A stretch of 64,000 nucleotides of DNA from an uncultured virus (IMG/VR IMGVR_UViG_3300006128_000009) (lineage: Duplodnaviria; Heunggongvirae; Uroviricota; Caudoviricetes): the IMG/VR virus record IMGVR_UViG_3300006128_000009. One strand, 5' to 3'. The notes under the pieces were generated by a model. It did not search any database and was not told where the DNA came from. It saw nothing but the letters and a program-made list of their open reading frames with translations. Positions within the stretch are counted from its first letter, which is position 1; each line of letters begins with the position of its first letter. This document shows, piece by piece, positions 20,469 through 29,789 of this stretch. The translations under genes and the position numbers were made by a program.

Positions 20469-21467
20469 TTATATTTTACACCTATCTCCAGAAAAGACAA
20501 TATCTTTTTCCGTTAATTCGGTATTCTCTATTAAATCTTTTACGAGATTTTTCTTAAATGGATTTAATCCAATTGAAACAAATCCACTATTATCAAAAGT
20601 ATATCTGAATTCACCGACTTCTTCTAAAACATCACACTTGTTAATAATAATTTTATTTGCACCAGATAGATTAATAGCATCAATCAACTTTCTGACATTA
20701 AGCCAATTCACAAGTCTTTTTCTACCTGTTGTTGTGCCTTTTTCATTTCCGATTTCAATTATTTTATTTAGAATAGGATCATCCCATAATGATTCGGGAA
20801 ATAAAGGATCAACACCACTCTTGGTATCGTATATTTTAGCAATACCTATGATATCACGAATCTTTTTTGGTGAGAATCCTAGGGAGCAAGCATTATGTGG
20901 AAATGTTTCAGAACTTGTTACATATGGATAATCACCATAGTTGATATCAAGCCAAATACTTTGAGCACCTTCACATAAAATTTTTCCTTTAAGTTTTCCA
21001 TTCCAATGATATATTGGATCAATAGAAGAATCTTTGATTTGTAATCCGACTCTATTTGCCTTTGCAGCATAACACGGAGCAATACCTTGACCAGTAGTTC
21101 CTAGCTTTGGTTTTAGATAATCTACATCGAACTTAATATGATCTTTTGTGATTACATGAGCATGTGGATGTATCTTAACTAATGATGTATCAAAACCATT
21201 TTCTTTGAGATATTCTATCTCTTCATGGAATTTGTTAATATTGACTACACAATTAGGACCAATAATAGAAGGTTTATTGTGAAATACACCAGAAGGAATA
21301 AGATGAGTTTTATACTTTTTATCATTCAGATAAACAGTATGACCTGCATTTGGTCCACCGTTCCAACGACAAATCATATCGTAATCTTTTGCTAATGCAC
21401 TAGAAATTTTACCCTTGCCTTCATCACCCCAAGCAAGACCTACAATGATATCAACATAATCAATCAT
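20469..21467 (-). CDS. purA: Adenylosuccinate synthetase (short form)
   Basis: WGDEGKGK, GGPNAGHT, GTTGQGI, EGAQ, YPYVTSS, GTTTGRKR. Confidence 0.95.
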   Translation of the reverse strand: MIDYVDIIVGLAWGDEGKGKISSALAKDYDMICRWNGGPNAGHTVYLNDKKYKTHLIPSGVFHNKPSIIGPNCVVNINKFHEEIEYLKENGFDTSLVKIHPHAHVITKDHIKFDVDYLKPKLGTTGQGIAPCYAAKANRVGLQIKDSSIDPIYHWNGKLKGKILCEGAQSIWLDINYGDYPYVTSSETFPHNACSLGFSPKKIRDIIGIAKIYDTKSGVDPLFPESLWDDPILNKIIEIGNEKGTTTGRKRLVNWLNVRKLIDAINLSGANKIIINKCDVLEEVGEFRYTFDNSGFVSIGLNPFKKNLVKDLIENTELTEKDIVFSGDRCKI

Positions 21468-21708
21468 TTTTTGGAAAAAGGAAAATTGGTGTTTTGTCTC
21501 CTACATATGCACCCATCATATTGAATTCCATATATTCATATGCTTCTTCATAAGACATATTATCTTTCATTAATTTTTTAATGATTAGTTCAGTATCATA
21601 AATCAAAATTTGACCTGTCCCAAATCTAAAACCTATGCCTACAATGCAATCATCATAACCATCAATTTTGATTACTTCTTCTTCTAAATCTAGTTTTTCT
21701 AAATTCAT
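21460..21708 (-). CDS. Conserved hypothetical phage protein
   Basis: DGYDDCIVG...EEAYEY.EFN..GAYVG..TP. Confidence 0.7.
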   Translation of the reverse strand: MNLEKLDLEEEVIKIDGYDDCIVGIGFRFGTGQILIYDTELIIKKLMKDNMSYEEAYEYMEFNMMGAYVGDKTPIFLFPKND

Positions 21709-21709
21709 A

Positions 21710-21919
21710 TTATTCAGGACAATCGAGCCAAGCTGGTTCTTTTCTAATGTGTTTTGATTGAGATTTGATCTCTTGACTCTTAATTGATCTAATCTCTTTT
21801 AGAATTTCTTTTGCTCTAGTATTAGAGATTTCAATCGTATCATTGCCGACTCTATCAGCAATTTTAGTCAAAACACTAAACATACCTTCGATGTCGCTTA
21901 CAATATTTGCGTATTTCAT
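21710..21919 (-). CDS. Hypothetical protein
   Basis: ORF from MKYANIV (longer start would overlap the RNA). Confidence 0.5.
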   Translation of the reverse strand: MKYANIVSDIEGMFSVLTKIADRVGNDTIEISNTRAKEILKEIRSIKSQEIKSQSKHIRKEPAWLDCPE

Positions 21920-21962
21920 TTTTATATTATGCTTTATTTGTTTATGGGATGCAAGAAAAAAA

Positions 21963-22240
21963 TGGTTGCGTGTTGAGTTTTGTCCTAGGGATTGTCTCAA
22001 GATTCAACGAAGGATCGGAGATTCCCGATCAGCTTCCGTCTAAGCCTGTGTTTACCGTACATATCAAGAGTACAAACACACCAACAAGCAAACTCCTCCG
22101 ATACGCCAAGGAATGACCTTGGAATTTGTTATGACAGGGATGGTTAATCCACCCTCAAACAGCGGTTGATATTGGCCTATAGAGCAACCTAGTCACCCGT
22201 TTGAACGGACGATCCTTTAGCTATCGGATCTGCGGACTGT
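21963..22240 (-). ncRNA. Unassigned structured non-coding RNA
   Basis: GC-rich island with at least 7 hairpins, own TTGACA promoter and boxA-like GTTCTTTTACA, ends in CCA. Confidence 0.65.
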
Positions 22241-22304
22241 CAAATTATGTAAAAGAACTATTATGATATTCTCATACTTTTCTGATTTTGTCAAATAAAA
22301 AAAT

Positions 22305-22379
22305 TGGCTCCTGATACTGGACTCGAACCAATAACTTGCAAGTTAACAGCTTGCCGCTCTACCATTGAGCTAATCAGGA
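22305..22379 (-). tRNA. tRNA-Asn(GTT)
   Basis: Cloverleaf, GTT, CCA. Confidence 0.95.
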
Positions 22380-22393
22380 GTGAAATTCAATCT

Positions 22394-22885
22394 CTATATT
22401 TTATCATTATGTTCTAATTTATCAATAAAATTCTTAACATATTTTTCAACAATCGGTAAAATTTCGTTTGCATATCTACTATGAAGATATTTGTGATGAG
22501 TTGGGCATATAGGAATCAAATTTTCAACTCTATTATCTTTATGATTTCCGTTATAATGATGAACTTCTACTATTTTTGTTTCATCACAAGCAATACATTT
22601 TTTTTCATGCTTATTAAAACAAGTTGTTCTATATGTATGTTCTTTCCAATTTCCATTATTTTCACCAGTTCTGAAAAATTTATTTGAACAAGAATAAGAA
22701 CAAGTTTTTTTATTTTCTTTTATTAAAGTTTCAAACTCTTTATTACATATTGGACACACTCTAACTTCTCTTGCTTTTTTGTGTTTGCAATCTTTACAAA
22801 CATAAGAATTTATATCTTTAATTCTTTTTATTTCATAGTTCCATCTTTTTATATTTTCTTTACAAGAAATACATTGTATATACAT
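22394..22885 (-). CDS. HNH endonuclease with Zn fingers, between tRNA-Pro and tRNA-Asn
   Basis: CPIC..TCSYSC; CIAC, EVHHYNGNH.DN..ENLIPICPTHH. Confidence 0.88.
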   Translation of the reverse strand: MYIQCISCKENIKRWNYEIKRIKDINSYVCKDCKHKKAREVRVCPICNKEFETLIKENKKTCSYSCSNKFFRTGENNGNWKEHTYRTTCFNKHEKKCIACDETKIVEVHHYNGNHKDNRVENLIPICPTHHKYLHSRYANEILPIVEKYVKNFIDKLEHNDKI

Positions 22886-22924
22886 ACATATATTTACTCG
22901 TTAATGTATAATTTGAGATAAAAC

Positions 22925-22998
22925 TCGGAACGACTGGAATCGAACCAGCAACCACATGTACCCAAAACATGCACTCTACCAAATTGAGCTACGTTCCG
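22925..22998 (-). tRNA. tRNA-Pro(TGG)
   Basis: CGG start, anticodon TGG, GTTCGA. Confidence 0.92.
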
Positions 22999-23041
22999 TT
23001 ATGTATACCAATATATACGACTTTTTAAAGAAAGTCAAATA

Positions 23042-23824
23042 TTATTTTGTAAATTCAAATCCTTCTGGATTTTTTTTGGTATAATAATCAGTAACATTTT
23101 TTTGAGTTGTTTTATCAACAGGATGACCTTTGTAAGCCCAACCATTAATACCATCCCAAACATATTTTCTACTCTTAAAAGTAACAGGTTGATTTAATCC
23201 TATTGAAATATTATTAGGTTTACCTGTTTTACCATATGTTACAACTTTAGGTTTCTCTGGTTCAGGTTCAGGTTTTTCTTCTGGTTCATCGTCGTAATCT
23301 GGTTCATCCACTCTATCTACAGGTTTCGTTGAACCTTCAGTATCAGAAGGCGGATAATCTATATCACTTGAAGTTAAAGGTTTTTCTGGTGCTGGTTTTA
23401 CATATGTGCTCAACTGCTTATCTAAATCATCTTTAATAATAGAAACCATGTGGGCCTCAACTTTTTCGGGAGTTAATCCACTACGATTTAAATTTAATTT
23501 ATTAAGATCATTTACGATTTCTGATGCAAGACTTTTAATCTGATCTGAATGTATTCTTAAAATCGTATTAATTTTTGCATCTTTTGATGCATTTCTTGCT
23601 TGTCTACGAGCATTGATTTGATCTTTTCGTAAAGCCATTCCGGTATTTTTAAGACCACTTGCTTTAGCAACATCAGCAGCCTTTCCCGCAGCATATGATC
23701 TTACTTTATTTTTTAAAGAACTCCAATTAGTCATTCCTGCTAACTTGGATCTAATCACACCAGCTTCATTTATTTGTTGCATTTTTTGGTAACTTTCAAA
23801 GATTGCGATATCGTCTTGTCTCAT
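23042..23824 (-). CDS. Hypothetical late protein
   Basis: MRQDDIAIFESY..INE; GTAAGTA upstream. Confidence 0.65.
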   Translation of the reverse strand: MRQDDIAIFESYQKMQQINEAGVIRSKLAGMTNWSSLKNKVRSYAAGKAADVAKASGLKNTGMALRKDQINARRQARNASKDAKINTILRIHSDQIKSLASEIVNDLNKLNLNRSGLTPEKVEAHMVSIIKDDLDKQLSTYVKPAPEKPLTSSDIDYPPSDTEGSTKPVDRVDEPDYDDEPEEKPEPEPEKPKVVTYGKTGKPNNISIGLNQPVTFKSRKYVWDGINGWAYKGHPVDKTTQKNVTDYYTKKNPEGFEFTK

Positions 23825-23922
23825 ATTTTAATACTTACTCTTATGTGGTGTAAAAATGGAGCGTCAAGCAATAGAGCAACAAAAAAGAGTAGAAAATTAA
23901 AATTTAAAAGATAAGTATTTAT

Positions 23923-24588
23923 ATGGAATTTTTAATACCAATTGAAAAATTTAAAGATTTTAAAGATATACCTTGCAAATGTGCTTTTTGCAAAAAAACA
24001 TTTAACATCACGAAATCTGAAGCTAGGAGACACATAAAAGGAACTAGAATAGTTAATTGTTGTTCAATGGAATGTAGAGTTAAATTAGCCACTAAAAAAC
24101 AAAACGTTTTATGTGCTAATTGCAATAAAGGGTTTTTAAAAAAATTAAATGAATGTAAAAAAACTAAAAATAATTTTTGCACTAGATCATGTGCAGCTAT
24201 TTTTAATAATAAAAACAAAACTCACGGTAATAGAAGATCAAAGCTAGAATGTTGGTTAGAGAAAAAATTAAATCAATTATATCCAAATTTAGAAATTCAC
24301 TACAATAGAAAAGACGCTATTAAAAGCGAATTGGATATTTATATACCGTCATTAAAGTTAGGATTTGAACTTAATGGTGTATTTCATTATGAACCCATAT
24401 TTGGAAAAGAAAAATTAAAATCTATTAAAAATAATGACAATAGAAAATTTCAAGCTTGTATTGAAGAAGGTATAGAACTTTGTATTATAGATGTAAGCAA
24501 ATTAGGGTATTTTAAAGAAAAATATGCTAATGAATTTTTAAATATAATTTTAAAAATTATAGAGAGTGCCGTGTCAGAGTCGAACTGA
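23923..24588 (+). CDS. Zn-finger Vsr/EDxHD-like endonuclease
   Basis: CxxC/FCxxxC repeats; SKLE, ELDIYIP, FELNG.FHY, ND..K. Confidence 0.8.
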   Translation: MEFLIPIEKFKDFKDIPCKCAFCKKTFNITKSEARRHIKGTRIVNCCSMECRVKLATKKQNVLCANCNKGFLKKLNECKKTKNNFCTRSCAAIFNNKNKTHGNRRSKLECWLEKKLNQLYPNLEIHYNRKDAIKSELDIYIPSLKLGFELNGVFHYEPIFGKEKLKSIKNNDNRKFQACIEEGIELCIIDVSKLGYFKEKYANEFLNIILKIIESAVSESN

Positions 24589-24636
24589 CCATAAAGGGTT
24601 TTGCAGGCCCTTGCCTAACCGATTAGCTTACGGCAC
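24565..24636 (-). tRNA. tRNA-Cys(GCA)
   Basis: Cloverleaf, GCA, U discriminator, no CCA. Confidence 0.88.
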
Positions 24637-24645
24637 AATTAAAAA

Positions 24646-24734
24646 TGGCGGGTAGCCGAGGTGTCGATCCCCAAACCTTTCACAGTTCCAACTGTTTTCA
24701 AGACAGTGACCAAGGCCGCTTGGTTTGACTACCC
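24646..24734 (-). tRNA. tRNA-Ser(TGA)
   Basis: Long variable arm, TGA, GCCA. Confidence 0.88.
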
Positions 24735-24745
24735 AATTAAAATTT

Positions 24746-24836
24746 TGGAGGAACGAGTGGGATTTGAACCCACGGAAGTTTATTAGACTTCGGAATTTTA
24801 GTAGAATTCTGCTTTAAACCACTCAGCCACCGTTCC
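24746..24836 (-). tRNA. tRNA-Ser(ACT)
   Basis: GAATT-CTACTAA-AATTC anticodon arm, long variable arm, CCA. Confidence 0.8.
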
Positions 24837-24838
24837 AA

Positions 24839-25105
24839 CTATTTTCTATATTTATGATAAGCATACCACATTACAATACAGCATGCAAGTCCAAAAAAAT
24901 AATTTATCAATAAATAAATTCCACTATCAGAGAGGACAACGTATAAAAATCCAAATATGTAACCAAATATACATAAAAGTATCATTGGTAAAGATACATC
25001 TTTAGTTGATTTTGATTTCAACATTTTATAAATCTGAGGAATATACGAAAAATTAAAACAAATTGTACACAATAATCCCGTGATTTGTTTTAGTGCCTCC
25101 TTCAC
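24839..25105 (-). CDS. PQ-loop / SemiSWEET-like membrane protein
   Basis: IPQIYK..KSKSTKDVS; three TM helices. Confidence 0.8.
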   Translation of the reverse strand: MKEALKQITGLLCTICFNFSYIPQIYKMLKSKSTKDVSLPMILLCIFGYIFGFLYVVLSDSGIYLLINYFFGLACCIVMWYAYHKYRK

Positions 25106-25320
25106 ATATATATTTAGTGCCTCTGGTGCTCAATTTCGAGGCTAAAGAAACTTAGTCAACCTTAATATTTATAATTTTAAACAAAAAATTAAAAAAAGCA
25201 AATAATAAACAAACCACCCACAAAAAAAATGTTAACGAAAAAAATGAAAAAACCAAAAAAAATAAAATTACACTTTCATCCGGAGTTAACACATTAATAC
25301 TTACAACTATAAATATTAGT

Positions 25321-25515
25321 ATGAGTTACTGTGATTTTTCATGTAAAAAAATTGCGGATGACTATTATTTGGTCTTTTTAGAAAGAGAAGACACCAAAGA
25401 AGAAATAGGTGGTTTTACTGATGGTAATATTTTTATCTACCCAAAGTATAAAGGATGGGGATTGGGTTTTGTTATAAGAAAATTTATGGAAGAGAATGGA
25501 GGGCCATGTCGGTAA
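25321..25515 (+). CDS. Small protein, GNAT-like fragment
   Basis: IYPKYKGWGLG; ATAAATA 5 nt upstream; stop inside antisense tRNA-Gly. Confidence 0.45.
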   Translation: MSYCDFSCKKIADDYYLVFLEREDTKEEIGGFTDGNIFIYPKYKGWGLGFVIRKFMEENGGPCR

Positions 25516-25570
25516 TGCTCCGACTTATCTAGTTTGGAAGACTAGCACATTACTTTTATGTTAATAGCCC
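25497..25570 (-). tRNA. tRNA-Gly(TCC), non-canonical T-loop
   Basis: CTAGT-CTTCCAA-ACTAG; T-loop AGCATTA; TCCA. Confidence 0.85.
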
Positions 25571-25576
25571 GTAGAT

Positions 25577-25661
25577 TGGGTGGTCTGAGTAACGCTCTCA
25601 GCGAGTCAATTAAGACATTAGATTTACAGTCTAAGCCGCCTCTTTAACGGTATACCCACCC
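25577..25661 (-). tRNA. tRNA-Tyr(GTA), non-canonical T-loop
   Basis: TTAGA-CTGTAAA-TCTAA; variable arm; T-loop AGCGTTA. Confidence 0.8.
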
Positions 25662-25924
25662 TTAATAAAATTATTTAAAGAATCATTTATAACCTCTGAA
25701 ACAGTAATATCTTTTTGGATTGATTCGTTTATAAGAAACTCAAGAATATCTCTAGGATAATCAGAAAGATCAATTTCAACTGGAACAAACTTCTTCAATT
25801 CTATACTTCCATCTTCATGTGAAATTACTGAAAACTTATCACCAACTTTAATTCCAAGTTGTGCAATATCATCTTCATCAAATTGAATCAATAAGTCTTT
25901 ACTCTGTTGTAGTTTTTTAAACAT
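25631..25924 (-). CDS. AbrB/MazE-like DNA-binding protein
   Basis: LLIQF.....QLGIKVGD.......DGSIELKK pattern. Confidence 0.55.
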   Translation of the reverse strand: MFKKLQQSKDLLIQFDEDDIAQLGIKVGDKFSVISHEDGSIELKKFVPVEIDLSDYPRDILEFLINESIQKDITVSEVINDSLNNFIKGGYTVKEAA

Positions 25925-25925
25925 A

Positions 25926-26243
25926 TTATTTGTGTTTGTTCAATTCTTCTATAAGGAAATTTTTAGTTTTTGGTCCAATATATTTTCCTACTTGTTTACC
26001 TTCTTTGAAAATAAGAATAGTCGGAATTGAATTTATAGAATATTTTATTGCCGAATTTGGTGATTCATCAACATCACACTTTGTGATTTTAGCATCAGTA
26101 TATTCATGTGAAATCTGATCAATTATAGGTGTGAACATTTTACATGGGCCACACCACTTTGCCCAAAAATCAACTAAAACAAGTTTATTCTGATTTAGAA
26201 TCTCATCAAAATTATCATCATTAATTGTGGATGTAATAGGCAT
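25926..26243 (-). CDS. trxA: Thioredoxin
   Basis: WAKWCGPCK, SIPT. Confidence 0.95.
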   Translation of the reverse strand: MPITSTINDDNFDEILNQNKLVLVDFWAKWCGPCKMFTPIIDQISHEYTDAKITKCDVDESPNSAIKYSINSIPTILIFKEGKQVGKYIGPKTKNFLIEELNKHK

Positions 26244-26252
26244 ATTGTTATA

Positions 26253-26651
26253 TTAATCGTCTGACCTCAAAATGTCAACAAACCTTTTTGGTAAAACTAC
26301 ATTTAAAGGATAAAATCTAAACATTGGTGCTATGTCTTTTGGATTATATCCAGCAAGACCACAACCAATTTCGGTTACAAGAAAAGTAAAATTAGGATTT
26401 TCTTCTGCATATTTGAGAAATGATTTTACATAACTATAAATCACATCCAAATACATTGTTTTAATATTACGATCTTTTGTTGGTATGGCGTAAGTTTTAC
26501 CTTCATGTCCTACGCCAACGCCCCAAACTGCTCCAAATTTATCAAAAGCCAATTTAGCAGCACCTGCTCCATGAATACCAGCTTCATTAGAACCAAATAC
26601 GAATATCTCCCCATTTTCAAGATGAGTTATTTTTTCGGGTGTAAATCTCAT
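26253..26651 (-). CDS. Conserved phage protein (macro-domain-like FVFGSN family)
   Basis: IFVFGSN.AGIHGAGAA, TYAIPT, VTEIGCGLAG. Confidence 0.7.
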   Translation of the reverse strand: MRFTPEKITHLENGEIFVFGSNEAGIHGAGAAKLAFDKFGAVWGVGVGHEGKTYAIPTKDRNIKTMYLDVIYSYVKSFLKYAEENPNFTFLVTEIGCGLAGYNPKDIAPMFRFYPLNVVLPKRFVDILRSDD

Positions 26652-27652
26652 GTGGTAATAATAGCAGGTTTGAAAATATCATCAAGACTTTTTTGACAAT
26701 TTTTACCAAAAATTAAAACAGGTTCTGAAAATCCCGCCGTTTGACTTTTATCGCTATTTTTATTTAGTCTTTTACCCATTTCATATCCAATAGCTCCTTT
26801 ATAGTTTGCACCTAAAGAAATCATATAACTTATAAGAGGTTCGCAAATTACATTTACTCTATGGTCACAATATATATCAGAAATATTGAAAATCACATGA
26901 CCATTATCATTAATTGAATCAAATGAATGTCTAGCCATTTCAAGCATAAATCCATTCAACCATTGATCAAATTTTTTATATAAAGCATGAGATTGCATTT
27001 CTCCAGCATACTTTTCTGCTTTGAAATATGGAGGTGAAGTAAAAACTAAATCAAAAAAATCTTTTTCTGGACAATCTATTTCAGATCCTTTCATTTCAAA
27101 ATGAACTTTTGTTGTTGAATGTAATTTTTTTATTTGTTCTGAATATCCAGCAAAGAGAAATGGGTTAACATCTCTGCCATAATAGAAATCTACATTCGAT
27201 GCTAATGCACCAGACAATCTATCACCCCAACCCATACAAGGGTCATATATTTTCTTTGCACCGAAAACAGAATATAAAGTTTTCGCACTAGCAGGTCTAA
27301 ACTGAGAAGGAATATATTTTCTCAATGCCAAAGCAGTCTTTGGACTTTTATCATAATATACAGAAGACTCCAATCCCTTTCTGAATTTTTTAATATACCA
27401 ACTACGAATAACCGATGGAGAATTAACTGAATCACAAGCCATTCTAGAACCATAATGAAAACGATTTGAAGACTGCATACCAATCCTATCAATAGGCAGA
27501 GTATAATTGTGAATCTTGGTTATATTATCACTTCTACTTTGCCAAGACATATTTCTAACTCTTGGCACATATACATTCAACTCTTCAAAGTCTTTTAATG
27601 CTTCCTCATCAGACGGACAATCTATGGGTAAAATACAAGGGAATGAATTCAT
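26648..27652 (-). CDS. DNA amino-methyltransferase (N4-C/N6-A)
   Basis: YDPCMGWGDR SAM motif; FTSPPYF catalytic motif. Confidence 0.85.
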   Translation of the reverse strand: MNSFPCILPIDCPSDEEALKDFEELNVYVPRVRNMSWQSRSDNITKIHNYTLPIDRIGMQSSNRFHYGSRMACDSVNSPSVIRSWYIKKFRKGLESSVYYDKSPKTALALRKYIPSQFRPASAKTLYSVFGAKKIYDPCMGWGDRLSGALASNVDFYYGRDVNPFLFAGYSEQIKKLHSTTKVHFEMKGSEIDCPEKDFFDLVFTSPPYFKAEKYAGEMQSHALYKKFDQWLNGFMLEMARHSFDSINDNGHVIFNISDIYCDHRVNVICEPLISYMISLGANYKGAIGYEMGKRLNKNSDKSQTAGFSEPVLIFGKNCQKSLDDIFKPAIITT

Positions 27653-27884
27653 TTTTTATTAAATGATATTATACCTGAACCTAATTTTCTTCCAATACTT
27701 TTGTGAACCGTTTTAACAAATGATTCCCAAGATTTATATCTGGAAGTCACGGGCTTTGGAATCTTCTTTAATTCTATTTTTTCTTTTTTCAAGTTTTCTG
27801 TTCCTTTTTAACATCTTTCTCATACCGGGACTTATCATGAACAAAAATCCAATGAAACCACAAACCATAAGAAATAAGGAAAAA

Positions 27885-28244
27885 TCAACAATTAGTCTCA
27901 TAAACACTCCAAGTTTTTCCAGAATACCCTACGCCAGTTTGACCCCAAAAACCAGATTTCTGGACATTTTCATTTTCCGAATTGTTTTTAAAATCAAACA
28001 AATCCTTTTCCATCTCAATATAAAAATTATGGATTGGAATAACGATAACTGAAATTTTATCATCAAAGTTTGCATTTAAAACCTCAACCGCTGTCCATGA
28101 TGTTTTAGTTTTAATATAGTCATTAAAATCACCTGCTGCTTTGCGATCAATGAAAATAGCATATGTAGATTCAGGACCGAATATTTCGGATGGTATTTCT
28201 TTACTCATATTAATAATAGTATCATCTAAAAATTGAAATGTCAA
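27885..28244 (-). CDS. Hypothetical protein
   Basis: ORF. Confidence 0.45.
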   Translation of the reverse strand: MTFQFLDDTIINMSKEIPSEIFGPESTYAIFIDRKAAGDFNDYIKTKTSWTAVEVLNANFDDKISVIVIPIHNFYIEMEKDLFDFKNNSENENVQKSGFWGQTGVGYSGKTWSVYETNC

Positions 28245-28447
28245 TCATTAAAAATCCCAATGTAAAACCGTATAAGTTTTCAAAAGAAAACTATCACACA
28301 ATATCGAAGCGGTTATAAAAATATTATATTTTTTAGAAATAACAAGTTTATAATGACTTTGATGATATGAATTTATAATATCTTCAGGAAAGTCCGAAGC
28401 CATCGATGTTGTTAGCAGTAAAAAAAATATAATATATTTCATAAAAT

Positions 28448-28522
28448 TGGCATCGCTACGGGGATTTGAACCCCGACTCCATCCGTGAAAGGGATGTATG
28501 CTAACCATTACATTATAGCGAC
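28448..28522 (-). tRNA. tRNA-Glu(TTC)
   Basis: Cloverleaf, TTC, GCCA. Confidence 0.93.
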
Positions 28523-28535
28523 ATTAATTTAAAAT

Positions 28536-28611
28536 TGGAGCCAGCAGTCGGGTTCAAACCGACGACCTGCTGATTACAAATCAGCTGCTCTATCAACTGA
28601 GCTATGCTGGC
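28536..28611 (-). tRNA. tRNA-Thr(TGT)
   Basis: Cloverleaf, TGT, CCA. Confidence 0.95.
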
Positions 28612-28613
28612 AT

Positions 28614-28689
28614 TGGTTGCAGGGGTGGGATTTGAACCCACGATCTTCAGCTTATGAGACTGACGACTTAACCACTTGTCCACCCTACT
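28614..28689 (-). tRNA. tRNA-Met(CAT), initiator-like
   Basis: CAT, 1:72 mismatch, ACCA. Confidence 0.88.
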
Positions 28690-28920
28690 GTTATTATTTA
28701 TATATGGTATTTTAAAAATCAAACAATGTCAACAATCAATTTGTCAAAACTTCTTCTTTTTTTATCTGGAGTTTTCCTCCGGTCATATAAACTCTTACGT
28801 CATAGTGGGTTTCGTGTGATTCTAATATTTCTACAACTTGTCCTTTTTTTAAAATTGGATGATTTTCCACTACCACTACTCCGGTTTTATATGGAAATTT
28901 TCTTCTATTCACAAAAATAC

Positions 28921-29181
28921 TTATTTCCTTTTATTCCAAGAAATACGTTTTGAACTTTTCTTTTTTCTTTTACTTGCTGAACACATTGATTTAGTTGGGC
29001 GACAGGCGGGATAACCTTTTCTTTTTTCTCCCTTTTGTCTACCACAAGGTCCACCAGTTTTACAGTCTATCCATCCTTTATGACCACCAGCACCTCTCCT
29101 TGAAAACCAACCATGAAGACCTTCGCTTTTTTCTTTCTCGAATCCTTCTAATACAGTTGATACTAAAACATCAAATTTCAT
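28921..29181 (-). CDS. Small basic Cys-containing phage protein
   Basis: MKFDVLVSTVLE; WF...GW...PCGR...YPACRP. Confidence 0.7.
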   Translation of the reverse strand: MKFDVLVSTVLEGFEKEKSEGLHGWFSRRGAGGHKGWIDCKTGGPCGRQKGEKRKGYPACRPTKSMCSASKRKKKSSKRISWNKRK

Positions 29182-29348
29182 TTCTTTTTCTTTCTGCCGC
29201 TACCCCATTTACCTTTGGATTTGCGACATTTTACCAAAGCACCCGATGCATAAGCAGAAGGCCAAACTTTATAACGTGCCTTTACTTTGTAGTAACATGC
29301 ATCTTTCTTTTCTTCTAAAATAGAAGATACTAAAACATCAAATTTCAT
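29178..29348 (-). CDS. Small basic phage protein (56 aa, below ORF-track cutoff)
   Basis: MKFDVLVSSILEEKKDACYYKVKARYKVWPSAYASGALVKCRK; ATGA overlap with next gene. Confidence 0.7.
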   Translation of the reverse strand: MKFDVLVSSILEEKKDACYYKVKARYKVWPSAYASGALVKCRKSKGKWGSGRKKKK

Positions 29349-29349
29349 A

Positions 29350-29766
29350 TTATCTTGCTGGTTGTATAGGGGTGTGATCGCCGTGTTCTGCGTGGAATCT
29401 TTCTAAGTAAATAACTCTATTATCAATGTTATCTACTTGTTTTTGTATACTGACCATTATTGTATTATATGCTTTTAACTGTTCACTATATGCAACCTGT
29501 TGATTTATAATGGTTTCTAATTTTGCTTGTGTTATTTCAAATCTCTTTTTATCATCATCATCCTGTCTATTATCATTTGCTATTTGTTTTTCTACATATT
29601 CACCAAATTTTTCATTTGTTACATAATGCTGTCCCATCCAGAGAGTTGCATAACTGAACATCATGAATGCTATTATCATGACGGCTGGTTTTATTAAAAA
29701 ACCATACCATTTATCAGTAGCAACATCTGGTATATGATTAATTGGGTCTAATGGATTACCTGACAT
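29350..29766 (-). CDS. Single-TM coiled-coil protein
   Basis: One TM helix then heptads; GTAAGTA upstream. Confidence 0.55.
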   Translation of the reverse strand: MSGNPLDPINHIPDVATDKWYGFLIKPAVMIIAFMMFSYATLWMGQHYVTNEKFGEYVEKQIANDNRQDDDDKKRFEITQAKLETIINQQVAYSEQLKAYNTIMVSIQKQVDNIDNRVIYLERFHAEHGDHTPIQPAR

Positions 29767-29789
29767 ATATCAATACTTACAAAACTACA

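Noticed and set aside
20469..21467. PurZ (2-aminoadenine genome pathway)
   Set aside because: Active-site motif is GDEGKG (PurA), not the Ser-substituted PurZ form; no partner genes seen in the window
21963..22240. tmRNA or RNase P RNA
   Set aside because: No tRNA-Ala-like ends or T-arm; lacks the GAGGAAAGUCC core, so left unassigned
23857..23870. Remnant tRNA 3' end (GACGCTCCA) upstream of the endonuclease
   Set aside because: Too short and does not match the neighbouring tRNA-Cys acceptor stem
24746..24836. Amber suppressor tRNA (CTA)
   Set aside because: Stem pairing and U33 place ACT, not CTA, at positions 34-36
28248..28722. ORF-track calls running through tRNA-Glu/Thr/Met
   Set aside because: The overlapping parts are translations of tRNA genes; only the short segment from MKYIIF might be real
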